Source: Actinomycetota bacterium (GTDB lineage: Bacteria; Actinomycetota; Acidimicrobiia; Acidimicrobiales; VFJN01). Taken from it: 48,692 nt of DNA. Of this stretch, positions 28,159-37,135 are shown in pieces (positions within the stretch are counted from its first letter, which is position 1; each line of letters starts with the position of its first letter). Made by a program: the position numbers and the translations under genes. The stretch covers positions 1 to 48,692 of the forward strand of contig JBKOUY010000012.1 in assembly GCA_046723645.1 (NCBI GenBank). Reading direction: 5' to 3'. The notes below the pieces were generated by a model. The model saw nothing but the letters and a program-made list of their open reading frames with translations. It searched no databases and was not told the origin of the DNA.

Positions 28159-29286
28159 TCAGCCCCCCGCTCGCGCCCGGGCCTGACGCGCCACCAGCCA
28201 GTCGGTGAGGCGGGCCAACGGGATGGTGATCACCACGAATGCGACGCCCGCGGCCAGGTTGGGCGACAGGTTGAACAGCTGGTTCGACGTCAGCCGGGCA
28301 CGGTTGAGGATCTCGAGCAGCCCGATCACGCTCAGCAGCGCAGTGTCCTTCTGCAGGCTGATGAAGTCGTTGAGCAGTGGCGGGATGATCCGGCGCACGG
28401 CCTGGGGGGTGATCACGTGGCGCATGGTCTGGCCGTAGGAGAGGCCGAGCGAGCGGGCCGCCGCGGTCTGGCTCCAGTGGATGCTCTCGAGGCCGGCACG
28501 GTAGACCTCGGCGACGTAGGCGCCATACACGAGCACGAGCGCGGTCGTGCTCAGCCAGAACAGCTTGGTGTTGCCCTGCAGCCGGTCGAACGGCGGGACG
28601 TCGGCGGCCTGGAACCCCAGCACGATGAGGTAGATCGTGATGATGGCGGGAAAGCCGCGGAACAGGTCGATGTAGGAGACGGCCAGGAAGCGCACCGGGC
28701 GCCCGGCCTTGCCGGGGAAGATGCGCGCAAACGCCAGCGCCAACCCCCAGATGAGCACCAGGATCTCGGCGATCAGGAAGACCTTGATGTTCAGCCAGAG
28801 GCCCTTCCAGAGCGAGGGCAGGAACTCGTCGATGGCGTCCCAGTCGAGGTACTGGTGGCGCACCGCCCCGTTGTTCGCAGACAGGAAGAACGCCAGGAAC
28901 GCCAGCACCAACGCGGTGACGCCGAGGCCGGCCACGTACCACGTCCAGTCCGTGGCGTCCGCTCCCGATGCGCGGGCGGCGACACGATCCGTGTGGGCGA
29001 GTCTGGCCGCCCTGAGCGACCGGGCGATCGCCATCGAGCCGCAGGCGGCCAGCACCACGGCGACGGCCACCGCGAGCACGGTCAAGACGATCGCCCAGAC
29101 GGTGAGGGCGGTGCCGACCACCCCGAGCGAATCGTAGAAGCGCTTCAGCGCGACGGCGGTGGTGGCGGCGATCGCCAGCGCCGCCGCCAGTGCGGCGATC
29201 GACCGCCCGAGGTGCGTCCTGACCGGGTGGAAGCGCTGGATTGCGGGGACGGCCGGCTCTTCGACGATCCCGCCAGCGACAGCCAT
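28159..29286 (-). CDS. polar amino acid ABC transporter permease (HisM/GlnP family) with N-terminal extension
   Basis: 'SLGLSYGQTMRHVITPQAVRRIIPPLLN' EAA-like loop; multiple TM. Confidence 0.85.
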   Translation of the reverse strand: MAVAGGIVEEPAVPAIQRFHPVRTHLGRSIAALAAALAIAATTAVALKRFYDSLGVVGTALTVWAIVLTVLAVAVAVVLAACGSMAIARSLRAARLAHTDRVAARASGADATDWTWYVAGLGVTALVLAFLAFFLSANNGAVRHQYLDWDAIDEFLPSLWKGLWLNIKVFLIAEILVLIWGLALAFARIFPGKAGRPVRFLAVSYIDLFRGFPAIITIYLIVLGFQAADVPPFDRLQGNTKLFWLSTTALVLVYGAYVAEVYRAGLESIHWSQTAAARSLGLSYGQTMRHVITPQAVRRIIPPLLNDFISLQKDTALLSVIGLLEILNRARLTSNQLFNLSPNLAAGVAFVVITIPLARLTDWLVARQARARAGG

Positions 29287-29292
29287 GGCGTG

Positions 29293-30180
29293 TTACGGCG
29301 TGAGAACCGGAACGGCGCTCGGGTCGCCACCCAGCCATTGCTTGGCGAAGTCGGACAGCGAGCCATCGTCCTTCAGCTCGGTCAGGATCGTGTTGATGGC
29401 GTCGGCGTTGGTGGACCCCTTGGGCAGGATGCCGCCGTACTCCTCGCCCGTCTTGAACTGGGCTGCGACCTCCTCGGTGCCGCCCGACTCGCTCGCCTGC
29501 GCCAGCACGATGGCCGTGTCCATCATGAACGCATCGAGCTGGCCGGCCTCGAGGGCTGCGAATCCGGCCGCCAGGTCCTGGAACACCTGGGGTTCCTTCT
29601 CGGGCTTGAGAGTGTCGGCGAGGTAGTCGGCCCCGGTCGTGCCGCTCTGCACGCCCCACTGCAGCGACCTCGCCTCGTCCACGGTGTCGACCTTGGTGCC
29701 CTTCATGACGATCACGCCCTGGTCGGACTCGAAGTAGGGCTCGGTGAAGTCGACGACCTGCTTGCGCTCGTCGGTGATCGTCACCTGCGACAGGGCGACG
29801 TCGAAGTCACCCACCTGCCCGGCCACCAGCTGGTCGAAGCTGACGTTGTTGACCTTGAGGTTGCCCATGCCCAGGCCCTCCTGCAGGGCCTTGGCGATCT
29901 CGTACTCGTAGCCACCGGTGATGTTTTCCGGATCGTCACCGTTCCAGAAACCCGGTGCCGGCAGGCTGGTGACCACCGTGAGGGTGTCGTCGGTGACGGG
30001 CGTGAAGTTGGCGGCAGCGCCTGACGCCGCTTCGGTGGTCTCGGAGGTTTCGGCCGAGTCGTCGTCGCCACAGGCGGCGAGAGCGGCGAAGAGCGCGCCG
30101 GCGGCCAGAACTGCGCCGAGTTTGCGGAAAGCCACGTTGAGCCCCCGATCGATAGGAAATGCTCGGGACGGGGTGAGCAT
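29293..30180 (-). CDS. ABC transporter substrate-binding lipoprotein (amino-acid binding family 3); alt GTG start 30135
   Basis: Signal/lipobox 'LGAVLAAGALFAALAACGDD'; PBP type 2 pattern. Confidence 0.8.
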   Translation of the reverse strand: MLTPSRAFPIDRGLNVAFRKLGAVLAAGALFAALAACGDDDSAETSETTEAASGAAANFTPVTDDTLTVVTSLPAPGFWNGDDPENITGGYEYEIAKALQEGLGMGNLKVNNVSFDQLVAGQVGDFDVALSQVTITDERKQVVDFTEPYFESDQGVIVMKGTKVDTVDEARSLQWGVQSGTTGADYLADTLKPEKEPQVFQDLAAGFAALEAGQLDAFMMDTAIVLAQASESGGTEEVAAQFKTGEEYGGILPKGSTNADAINTILTELKDDGSLSDFAKQWLGGDPSAVPVLTP

Positions 30181-30270
30181 AGATCCGCGTCGCTCCCAGT
30201 CCAGTCCACGCACGAACCCGTGGTCAGGCGGGGGCTGCGCGGGCCCGGCGAGGAACAGGAGCACCGGCCA

Positions 30271-30681
30271 ATGCCAGCGTTCATCCACAACGTCACCTTC
30301 GACGCCAGGGACCCGCGGCTGCTCGGCCGCTTCTGGTCTCGCGTGACCGGCTACGCCGTGGTCGACGAACGCGACGACTTCGTGAGGCTGCAGGCGCCCG
30401 ACGAGCTCGGCGTCCGCCTGATCCTGTTCCTCCGGGTCGAGGATCCGACGCCCGGCAAGAACCGGGTCCACGTCGACCTCGCCGCTCGGCACCCGCAGGA
30501 GGAGATCGACCGCCTGCTTCGACTCGGAGCGTCCCTGGTCGACGAATCGGTGGACGGCAAGCCCTCGTGGCGTGAGGCCAACGGCATCGAGTGGGTCGTC
30601 CTCCGCGACCCCGAGGGCAACGAGTTCTGCCTCGGGAGCGTCCCCGATGCCGCTGGAGGGCCGGTGGCCCCGGATTCCTGA
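30271..30681 (+). CDS. VOC/glyoxalase-bleomycin resistance fold protein
   Basis: 'FIHNVTFDARDPRLLGRFWSRVTGY...HVDLAA...EWVVLRDPEGNEFCL' VOC pattern. Confidence 0.7.
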   Translation: MPAFIHNVTFDARDPRLLGRFWSRVTGYAVVDERDDFVRLQAPDELGVRLILFLRVEDPTPGKNRVHVDLAARHPQEEIDRLLRLGASLVDESVDGKPSWREANGIEWVVLRDPEGNEFCLGSVPDAAGGPVAPDS

Positions 30682-30830
30682 GTCCGTGCCGCCGGCCGAG
30701 CACTCCGGCCCCCACCCGGGCCTCCCAAGGTCGCCGGCAGCACCGCCGACGGGATGGCGGGAACCAGGCGGCGCCCTCCGGCGACTTTGACCCCATGCGC
30801 ACACGTCGCTGGGACCAACGGGAGTACGGG

Positions 30831-31556
30831 ATGAAACGACTGATCGCCTCGGGGATGGCCGCTGCCGCCGCGCTGGTGGTGACGGCCGCGCCGGCGGCGG
30901 CCCACAACGAGTGGGAGCCCGCCACGGCGGCACCGGGCAGCGTGGTCGACCTCACGCTGTTCGTCGAGGGCGAGCAGCCGGACGCGGGCACGACCATGGT
31001 CGAGCTGTTCTTCCCGGCTCCGATCGCCGTGGCGGCGCTGCCCGCCGTGCCGGGCTGGACGGCGACCCCGATGGACGGGCAGGTCGGCGGACCAGCCAGC
31101 GGCGTCACCTGGTCCGGGGGCCCGGCACCCGGCGACCTCGACCTGCCCATACGGCTGGGGCCGCTGCCGGACGAACCGGGCCGGCTCCAGTTCAAGACGG
31201 TGCAGACGTACGACAACGGCCAGGTCGACCGCTGGATCGACGAGTGGCCCGAGGGCGCAGCCGAACCACCGGCCCCGGGTCCCGTGCTCGACCTCGTCCC
31301 GGGCGGACCCGGCAGCGTCCCGGCCACCACCGCGTCGCCGACCACGACCACGGCCTCGACGACGACCACGACGGCGGCCACGACGACAAGCGAGGCCGAC
31401 CAGGCCGCGGCCGAGGACGGCGACGACTCCGACAGCAACGTGTTGCCCTGGGTGGTCGCCGCGGTGGTTGTCCTCGCCGTTGCCGCGGGCGCCTTCGCAT
31501 TCCTGCGATCGAGATCAAGGCCCGGCGGCGACGACTCACCACCGACATCGACGTGA
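30831..31556 (+). CDS. secreted YcnI-like (DUF1775) protein with Thr/Pro-rich linker and C-terminal TM anchor
   Basis: Signal peptide then 'AHNEWEP..AAPGSVVDLTLFVEGEQPDAGTTMVELFFP' matching DUF1775 N-terminal His pattern; 'TTASPTTTTASTTTTTAATTT' linker; C-terminal hydrophobic 'VLPWVVAAVVVLAVAAGAFAFL'+RSRSR. Confidence 0.6.
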   Translation: MKRLIASGMAAAAALVVTAAPAAAHNEWEPATAAPGSVVDLTLFVEGEQPDAGTTMVELFFPAPIAVAALPAVPGWTATPMDGQVGGPASGVTWSGGPAPGDLDLPIRLGPLPDEPGRLQFKTVQTYDNGQVDRWIDEWPEGAAEPPAPGPVLDLVPGGPGSVPATTASPTTTTASTTTTTAATTTSEADQAAAEDGDDSDSNVLPWVVAAVVVLAVAAGAFAFLRSRSRPGGDDSPPTST

Positions 31557-31747
31557 CATCTGGGGCGCGGCGGTACGCCGGCTCCATGGTGGCGGGCACC
31601 GGCAACATGCGCATCAGCGTGGCGTCCAGCATCACGGCGACGGCGAGACCGAGGCGGAACATCGCCACACCCCTCGGGCACACGCCCCTCCCCTCGGAAG
31701 GCCAGCCCACGCGCTCGGTCATCTTCGCGCGCGATCGCCTGTGCTCC

Positions 31748-33769
31748 TCAGGCGCTGGACGACCCCTCGGGCTCGCTCTCGTGGGTGTTCCCGCCGTCGC
31801 CCTCGCCCCCGGGAGAGGACTCGAGGGCGCGGTCGTCGAGGGGCTTTGACGGCGGACGCCGGTCATCGCCGCCGTCGGCCAGGCTGCGCATCAGGAGAGC
31901 GCCCAGCCCACCGATGACGCCGCCGGCATCGGCACCGACCTGAATGTCGGGCACGATCTTGACGTCGCCGGACGCGACCTCCCGCAGGGCGGCGACGAGC
32001 GCCGTCTGGGCCGCGCCGATCGCCTGGCGCTGCGCCTCGAAGCCCTTGGCTCGGGCAAGGCCCAGGGCCTGCTCCGCAGCCGCTTCGGCCTCGCCGACCG
32101 CCCGGGTGCGGGTCGCCTCTGCGCTGCCGGTCGTCGTGATCACGTCGGCCTGGCCCTGGGCACGGGCCCTCGCCGCCTGCGCGCTGGCCGTCTCGATGTC
32201 GATCGACACGTTCGCCTGGGCGAGCTGCGCCTGCATGTCGGCGACGCCGCGCTGCTGCTCGAGGTTGACCCGGGCCTCCTGGGCCGCCTGTTGCTGTGCG
32301 AACGTGCTCTTCTCCTGGGCGGCGATCTCGCGGCTGGTGAGCACCTGGACGAGGTCGGCCGGGAAGACCACGTCCTGGATGTACACGCCCCGTGTCTCGA
32401 CCTCGTAGCGGGACAGGTACTGCCGGATGTAGGCCTCGGCGGCGTGCTGGACCTCGTCGCGCTTCTCGATGAACTCGGTCGCACCCAACGTCTGCAGCTT
32501 GTTGCGGAAGTAGTTCCCCACGGCGGAGTGCAGCACCTCGTTCACGAGGTTCTGCATGGTGCCGACCATGCTGATGACCTTGGGCGCCCGGGTGTCGGGC
32601 ACGTGGATCTGCACCTGGAGGTCGATGCTGAAGGTGAACGCCTCCTTGCTCTTGGCGTCGATGCGCGAGAGCCGGGCATCGAGGCTGTGCGCCTCGCTCG
32701 TGGCGTGCGACCAGTTCAGCGTCAGGATCGAGGTGGGGACGATCTCGGCCTCGTAGATGCGCGGGTTGAGCGTGTACTTGCCGGTGCGCAACGGCTCGGA
32801 CCAGATGCCCTGGTGGCCGGGCTGAACGATCGAGCCGAACTTGAACTCCGCCCCCGACGTGTCCTCGGTCGGCAGGCCGACGTATGACTTGACGACGGCG
32901 ACCTCGCCTTGGCGCACCACGAGCATCTCTCGCAGCTCGACGTTGACGAGGAACGGATTCAACAGGTACGAGCCGTACAGCAGCGGGTCGTGTTGGAGCC
33001 CGATGCAGCCGCCGTTGTCGAGGAACGACTGGTAGTCCTGGTAGTTGTCGTGGAGGTCGTTCTTCGATCGCAGGACGGCCTGGATGATCTGGATGGCCGA
33101 GCCCGATGCCGACGCCTCCATCGCCTCGACATCGCTGAAACCGCCGATGCGGCTGGCGATGCCACCCGACGGCGGTCCCTCCAGCGTGGTCACGACGCCG
33201 ACGATGTCACGGTCGCCCTGGGGGGTGATGTGGACGACCTTGAGCATCGCCGGGTCGACCTGGTTGATGGCCCGGTCGGCCGCGTCCGACACGATCTCGC
33301 CGAAGACCTGATCGCTCGTGACCACCACGAACCCGATGGGGTGGACGGGCGCCGTCGTGCCCGGCGGAAGCACCGGCCGCTGGACGCCTCGCTGGCCGCC
33401 GCCGTCGAGGAACGCCCGGACGTCGGCGAAGTTGCCGAACTCCGCCCTGTAGACCGCCGACTTGGCACCCGTCGGCAGCCGGCTCCCGACCTGAGCGATC
33501 ACGAGGCCGATGTGGTCCGGCGGGATCTGGACCCAATCGTGGCGCTGCACGGCGTACACCGGCCACAGCTTGAAACGGAGGCCCGGCATGAGCAGGTCCG
33601 CCTGGAAGCCGGCCTCGCCCTTCAGGGCCAGGATCTGGTCGGCGGAGAGCCTCCTCCCGACGCGCTTGGTGACCAGCCCGATCTGTGCCGGGCCGATCGA
33701 ATGGAAGCTCGCCAGAACCACAGCGGCCAGCACGACGGCCACGGCAACGATGCCAATCGCAACGGCCAC
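31748..33769 (-). CDS. flotillin-like SPFH/Band-7 domain protein (large, 673 aa)
   Basis: N-terminal TM, SPFH core 'KVISMVGTMQNLVNEVLHSAVGNYFRNKL...', Ala/Gln/Glu-rich coiled coil 'AQQQAAQEARVNLEQQRGVADMQAQLAQA...AEAAAEQALGLARAKGFEAQRQA'; GTG start with GGGAGG RBS. Confidence 0.85.
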   Translation of the reverse strand: MAVAIGIVAVAVVLAAVVLASFHSIGPAQIGLVTKRVGRRLSADQILALKGEAGFQADLLMPGLRFKLWPVYAVQRHDWVQIPPDHIGLVIAQVGSRLPTGAKSAVYRAEFGNFADVRAFLDGGGQRGVQRPVLPPGTTAPVHPIGFVVVTSDQVFGEIVSDAADRAINQVDPAMLKVVHITPQGDRDIVGVVTTLEGPPSGGIASRIGGFSDVEAMEASASGSAIQIIQAVLRSKNDLHDNYQDYQSFLDNGGCIGLQHDPLLYGSYLLNPFLVNVELREMLVVRQGEVAVVKSYVGLPTEDTSGAEFKFGSIVQPGHQGIWSEPLRTGKYTLNPRIYEAEIVPTSILTLNWSHATSEAHSLDARLSRIDAKSKEAFTFSIDLQVQIHVPDTRAPKVISMVGTMQNLVNEVLHSAVGNYFRNKLQTLGATEFIEKRDEVQHAAEAYIRQYLSRYEVETRGVYIQDVVFPADLVQVLTSREIAAQEKSTFAQQQAAQEARVNLEQQRGVADMQAQLAQANVSIDIETASAQAARARAQGQADVITTTGSAEATRTRAVGEAEAAAEQALGLARAKGFEAQRQAIGAAQTALVAALREVASGDVKIVPDIQVGADAGGVIGGLGALLMRSLADGGDDRRPPSKPLDDRALESSPGGEGDGGNTHESEPEGSSSA

Positions 33770-33784
33770 GCTGCCTCCCCCCGG

Positions 33785-34573
33785 TCAGCGGACGAAGATG
33801 TCGATGTCGCTCAACATAGCGAACCCCAGGTGAAGCCGACCCCGGACCTGCCGGCCGCCCGCCTCGAAGTCGACGCGACCGCCCGGGTAGACGACGGGGT
33901 CGAACGACGGGCCGCCCTCGTCCTCGACGATCGACCCGATCCGGACGACGGCGTGGCCGGGCAGGCGATCCTCGGCGCGCCATGTCTCCTCTGAGTATTC
34001 GGCCGTGACGAAGTAGCCGCCGCTGGGGTTGAACACGTCCTCGATGACCTGGAACACCGCGTCCCCCGTGCATGTGAGCACCAGCCGCCTGGCACACGTG
34101 GACGACACCTGGCCCCGGGAGACGGCCTCCCGAGCGTCGTGCTCCCGAAACAGCCCGAGCGTGAGGACCTCGTTCCTGGCCACGTCACGGGTGTCGAGGC
34201 GGCGTTCGACCCGAGCCCTTCGTGCCAGGTCCAGCCGCTCGCCGTCCCGGCGCGCCTCGGCCAGCCTGACCGATCGCTCGGACTCGAGGAAGGCGCTGAT
34301 CTCCTCGTCGCCGTAGACCTCCTCGATGACGGCCCACTGCCGCTCGGGCGGGAGCCGTGCGAAGATCGCCTGGGCGAGCTTCATGCGCTCGACCCGCGGG
34401 ATGCGGTCCATCAGCTCGACGAGCAGGTCACCGTGCGCCGAGGGATCCGCAGCGATGCGGGCGACCTCGGCCTGGATCTCCCGGGCCAGCTCGAGGAACG
34501 GACCGGCTTCGTCGACATCCGAACCCGGCTCGTTGATCTCAGCCTCCCGACGGGCTCCTCGAACTCGCTTCAT
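33785..34573 (-). CDS. hypothetical soluble protein upstream of flotillin gene (alt TTG start 34693)
   Basis: High GC3 coding frame; no recognisable domain; stop 15 nt before flotillin start. Confidence 0.5.
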   Translation of the reverse strand: MKRVRGARREAEINEPGSDVDEAGPFLELAREIQAEVARIAADPSAHGDLLVELMDRIPRVERMKLAQAIFARLPPERQWAVIEEVYGDEEISAFLESERSVRLAEARRDGERLDLARRARVERRLDTRDVARNEVLTLGLFREHDAREAVSRGQVSSTCARRLVLTCTGDAVFQVIEDVFNPSGGYFVTAEYSEETWRAEDRLPGHAVVRIGSIVEDEGGPSFDPVVYPGGRVDFEAGGRQVRGRLHLGFAMLSDIDIFVR

Positions 34574-34709
34574 GTCCCGACCGAACGTTAGACGCCGGCC
34601 AGGCCCGGCCGGCCGGTCTCGCTCATCCCTCCCAGCGGGTCGCCGCGTCACATCCGCCACGTCTGCGGCGTCTAGGTGTATGACGCCGCGCAATGGAGGA
34701 ATGTGACCG

Positions 34710-35588
34710 ATGAACGAGCGCCAATGGCTGGCGGAACGGTTCGAGGAGCACCGACCGCGCCTGCGAGCGGTGGCGTATCGGATGCTGGGCTCGTTGAGCG
34801 CGGCTGACGATGCCGTTCAGGAGGCGTGGATACGCCTCGGTCGCTCGGACGCGGGCGACATCGACAATCTCGGCGGATGGCTCACGACGGTGGTCGGACG
34901 GGTGTCACTCGACATGCTGCGCTCGCGCCGGAGGCGGCACGAGGAGCCACCGGGCGTGCACCTGCCGGAACCGATCCTCGATCCCGTGGACGGTACGGAT
35001 CCCGAGCACGAGGCACTGCTGTCGGACTCGGTGGGGATGGCCATGCTCGTGGTCCTCGAGACGCTGAGCCCGCCCGAGCGGCTCGCGTTCGTGCTCCACG
35101 ACATGTTCGCCGTGCCCTTCGAGGAGATCGCTCCGATCGTCGGCCGCTCCCCCGAGGCAGCCCGCCAGCTCGCCAGCCGTGGGCGTCGCCGCGTCCAGGG
35201 CGAGGGAACGGTTCCCGACGCGGACCTCGAGACCCAACGCACGGTCGCCGAGGCGTTCATCGCAGCCGCGCGGGACGGCGACTTCGAGGCACTGCTGGAA
35301 GTGCTGGACCCGGACGTCGTCCTTCGGGCCGACCTGGGCCCCCTCGGCGGTTCGAGGGAGGTGCATGGCGCGGTGGCCGTTGCCCGCCAAGCACGCAGCT
35401 ACTCGCAGCTCGGCCTGGTCACCCGGCCGGCACTCGTCAACGGCACCGTCGGGGCCGTCTCCACCCTCGACGGCGAGCCGTTCTCGGTCGGTGCGCTCAC
35501 GATCAGCGCCGGGAAGATCGTCGAGATCGACATCCTCGCCGACCCCGAGCGCCTCCGACAGCTCGATCTGGCGATCCTCGATGCCTGA
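34710..35588 (+). CDS. ECF RNA polymerase sigma factor with C-terminal SnoaL/NTF2-like extension (ECF41/ECF56-type architecture)
   Basis: sigma-2 'AADDAVQEAWIRL', sigma-4 'LSPPERLAFVLHDMFAVPFEEIAPIVGRSPEAARQLASRGRRRV', then ~120 aa extension. Confidence 0.85.
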   Translation: MNERQWLAERFEEHRPRLRAVAYRMLGSLSAADDAVQEAWIRLGRSDAGDIDNLGGWLTTVVGRVSLDMLRSRRRRHEEPPGVHLPEPILDPVDGTDPEHEALLSDSVGMAMLVVLETLSPPERLAFVLHDMFAVPFEEIAPIVGRSPEAARQLASRGRRRVQGEGTVPDADLETQRTVAEAFIAAARDGDFEALLEVLDPDVVLRADLGPLGGSREVHGAVAVARQARSYSQLGLVTRPALVNGTVGAVSTLDGEPFSVGALTISAGKIVEIDILADPERLRQLDLAILDA

Positions 35589-35621
35589 GGGTGGGCGCCG
35601 AAGGCGTGCGAGGCTGCAGAG

Positions 35622-36398
35622 GTGGGACGCGTGTGGTCACGGGTGGTCCGGCCGCTGGTAGGAGGGCGTGCCTCGCCCCGCGTGGCCGGATATCCGGCGT
35701 CGCCCAACCGGGCCTCGTCGCTGCACCTGCACTGGGAGCTTCCCGCCGGGTCCGGCGACGTGGTGGCGGCCTCCGCGACGCTGACGGTCGAGGCCGCGCC
35801 GGCCGTTCCCGACCTCTACTTCTGGGCGCTCCAGGCGTCCTTCGTCGACGGCGCCGGCCGGCGCCGCGGTGGCGCCCACCTCGGGCTGCAGTGGTATCCC
35901 CAGCACCCGGGATCCCGCGCGGTGAACTGGGGCGGCTACGGACCGGACGGTCGGATCCTCGACGGCTCGGCCTCGCCGCTGCCCAGCGCCACGGGCAACC
36001 CCAACACCCGCGACCTGTGGTGGGAGCCCGGCCAGCCCTACACGCTCAGCATCGACCGCGCCGCGGAGGGGGGCTGGGCCGGCACCGTTGGCGGCGTGCG
36101 CGTCCGCGCGCTGGCGGCAGGTGGCGACAGGCTCGAGGCCCTGATGGTCTGGTCGGAGGTGTTCGCCCGGTGCGACGCCCCGCCCGTCGCCGTCCGCTGG
36201 TCGGGCTTCCGGGCGACGACCGCGCAGGGCCGGATAGTTGCACCGGTCGCCGTGCACGTGAACTACCAGCGCCGTGCGGATGGGGGGTGTGACAACTCGA
36301 CAGCGCTCGCCGCTGGCGACGCGGTGCGGCAGATCACCGGCACCGAGCGACTGGTGCCCCAGGGCGCCCGCCTCGCGCTCGGCACGTCCCCAACGTGA
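35622..36398 (+). CDS. hypothetical protein downstream of ECF sigma factor
   Basis: High-GC3 ORF, 258 aa from GTG; no recognisable motif; start uncertain. Confidence 0.4.
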   Translation: MGRVWSRVVRPLVGGRASPRVAGYPASPNRASSLHLHWELPAGSGDVVAASATLTVEAAPAVPDLYFWALQASFVDGAGRRRGGAHLGLQWYPQHPGSRAVNWGGYGPDGRILDGSASPLPSATGNPNTRDLWWEPGQPYTLSIDRAAEGGWAGTVGGVRVRALAAGGDRLEALMVWSEVFARCDAPPVAVRWSGFRATTAQGRIVAPVAVHVNYQRRADGGCDNSTALAAGDAVRQITGTERLVPQGARLALGTSPT

Positions 36399-36432
36399 CA
36401 ACGACGTGGCCGTCGTCGCGGGAACGCGCTTC

Positions 36433-36473
36433 CTGGCGCAGTCTTGGTTGCCCAGCAACCAGTTCTGCGCCAG
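36433..36473. terminator. long nested hairpin between convergent genes (putative bidirectional terminator)
   Basis: 'ctggcgcag tct tggttgc cca gcaacca gtt ctgcgccag': 9-bp + 7-bp stems separated by 3-nt internal loop, 3-nt apical loop. Confidence 0.5.
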
Positions 36474-36480
36474 GAACGTG

Positions 36481-37044
36481 CTACGGCTTGCGCACCGCTT
36501 CGACTTCGACCTCGAGGCGGATCTCCTTGGAGACCACCAGTCCGCCGTTGTCGAGGATCATGTTCCACGTGAGGCCCCAGTCCTCGCGGTCGAGAGTGCC
36601 GTGGGCGCTGAAGACCGCCCGATCGCCGCCCCAGGGATCGCGGACGTGGCCGAGGTACTCGACCTCGAGGGTCACGGGCTTGGTCACGCCCTTGATGGTG
36701 AGGTCCCCCGTGACCGTGCCGGCACTGCCGGTCCGGGTGACGCTCGTCGAGCGGAGGGTGGCGGTCGGGTGGTTCTCGACGTCGAAGAAGTCTGCGGAAC
36801 GGAGGTGGTCGTCACGCGTCTGGTCGCCCGAGGTCACGGAACGCATGTCGATGTCGACCTCGAGCGTCGACTCGGTGAGGTCGTCGGCGAGCACGATCGC
36901 GCCGGAGACACCGGTGAACCGGCCGCGGACCTTGGTGAGCATGAAGTGGCGTCCGACGAACGCGACCTCGGCGTGGCTCGGATCGATCTCCCAGGCACCG
37001 GTGGCGGGCAGGTCGACGCCGTCGAGCGAACGGGTGGCTGTCAT
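36481..37044 (-). CDS. YceI family protein
   Basis: 'WEIDPSHAEVAFVGRHFMLTKVRGRF...GDLTIKGVTKPVTLEVEY' YceI-like lipid/polyisoprenoid-binding fold. Confidence 0.85.
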   Translation of the reverse strand: MTATRSLDGVDLPATGAWEIDPSHAEVAFVGRHFMLTKVRGRFTGVSGAIVLADDLTESTLEVDIDMRSVTSGDQTRDDHLRSADFFDVENHPTATLRSTSVTRTGSAGTVTGDLTIKGVTKPVTLEVEYLGHVRDPWGGDRAVFSAHGTLDREDWGLTWNMILDNGGLVVSKEIRLEVEVEAVRKP

Positions 37045-37072
37045 GTGGATTTCCTCTCGTAGGAGTCACTTT

Positions 37073-37114
37073 ATGTGCGTGCGCACATAGTCTACTTTGC
37101 GTGCGTGCGCACAC
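37073..37114. promoter_or_regulatory. direct repeat of palindrome-containing element (tGTGCGTGCGCACA x2) between yceI and marR: candidate MarR operator
   Basis: 37073-37088 'atgtgcgtgcgcacat' and 37098-37114 'tgcgtgcgtgcgcacaca'; each contains perfect palindrome GTGCGCAC. Confidence 0.4.
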
Positions 37115-37135
37115 AACCCGTGCCACCATGCATCC

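Noticed and set aside
27370-30024. 884-aa plus-strand ORF
   Set aside because: It is antisense to the amino-acid ABC transporter operon, which has ATPase Walker motifs and a lipoprotein signal. It is a stop-free mirror frame.
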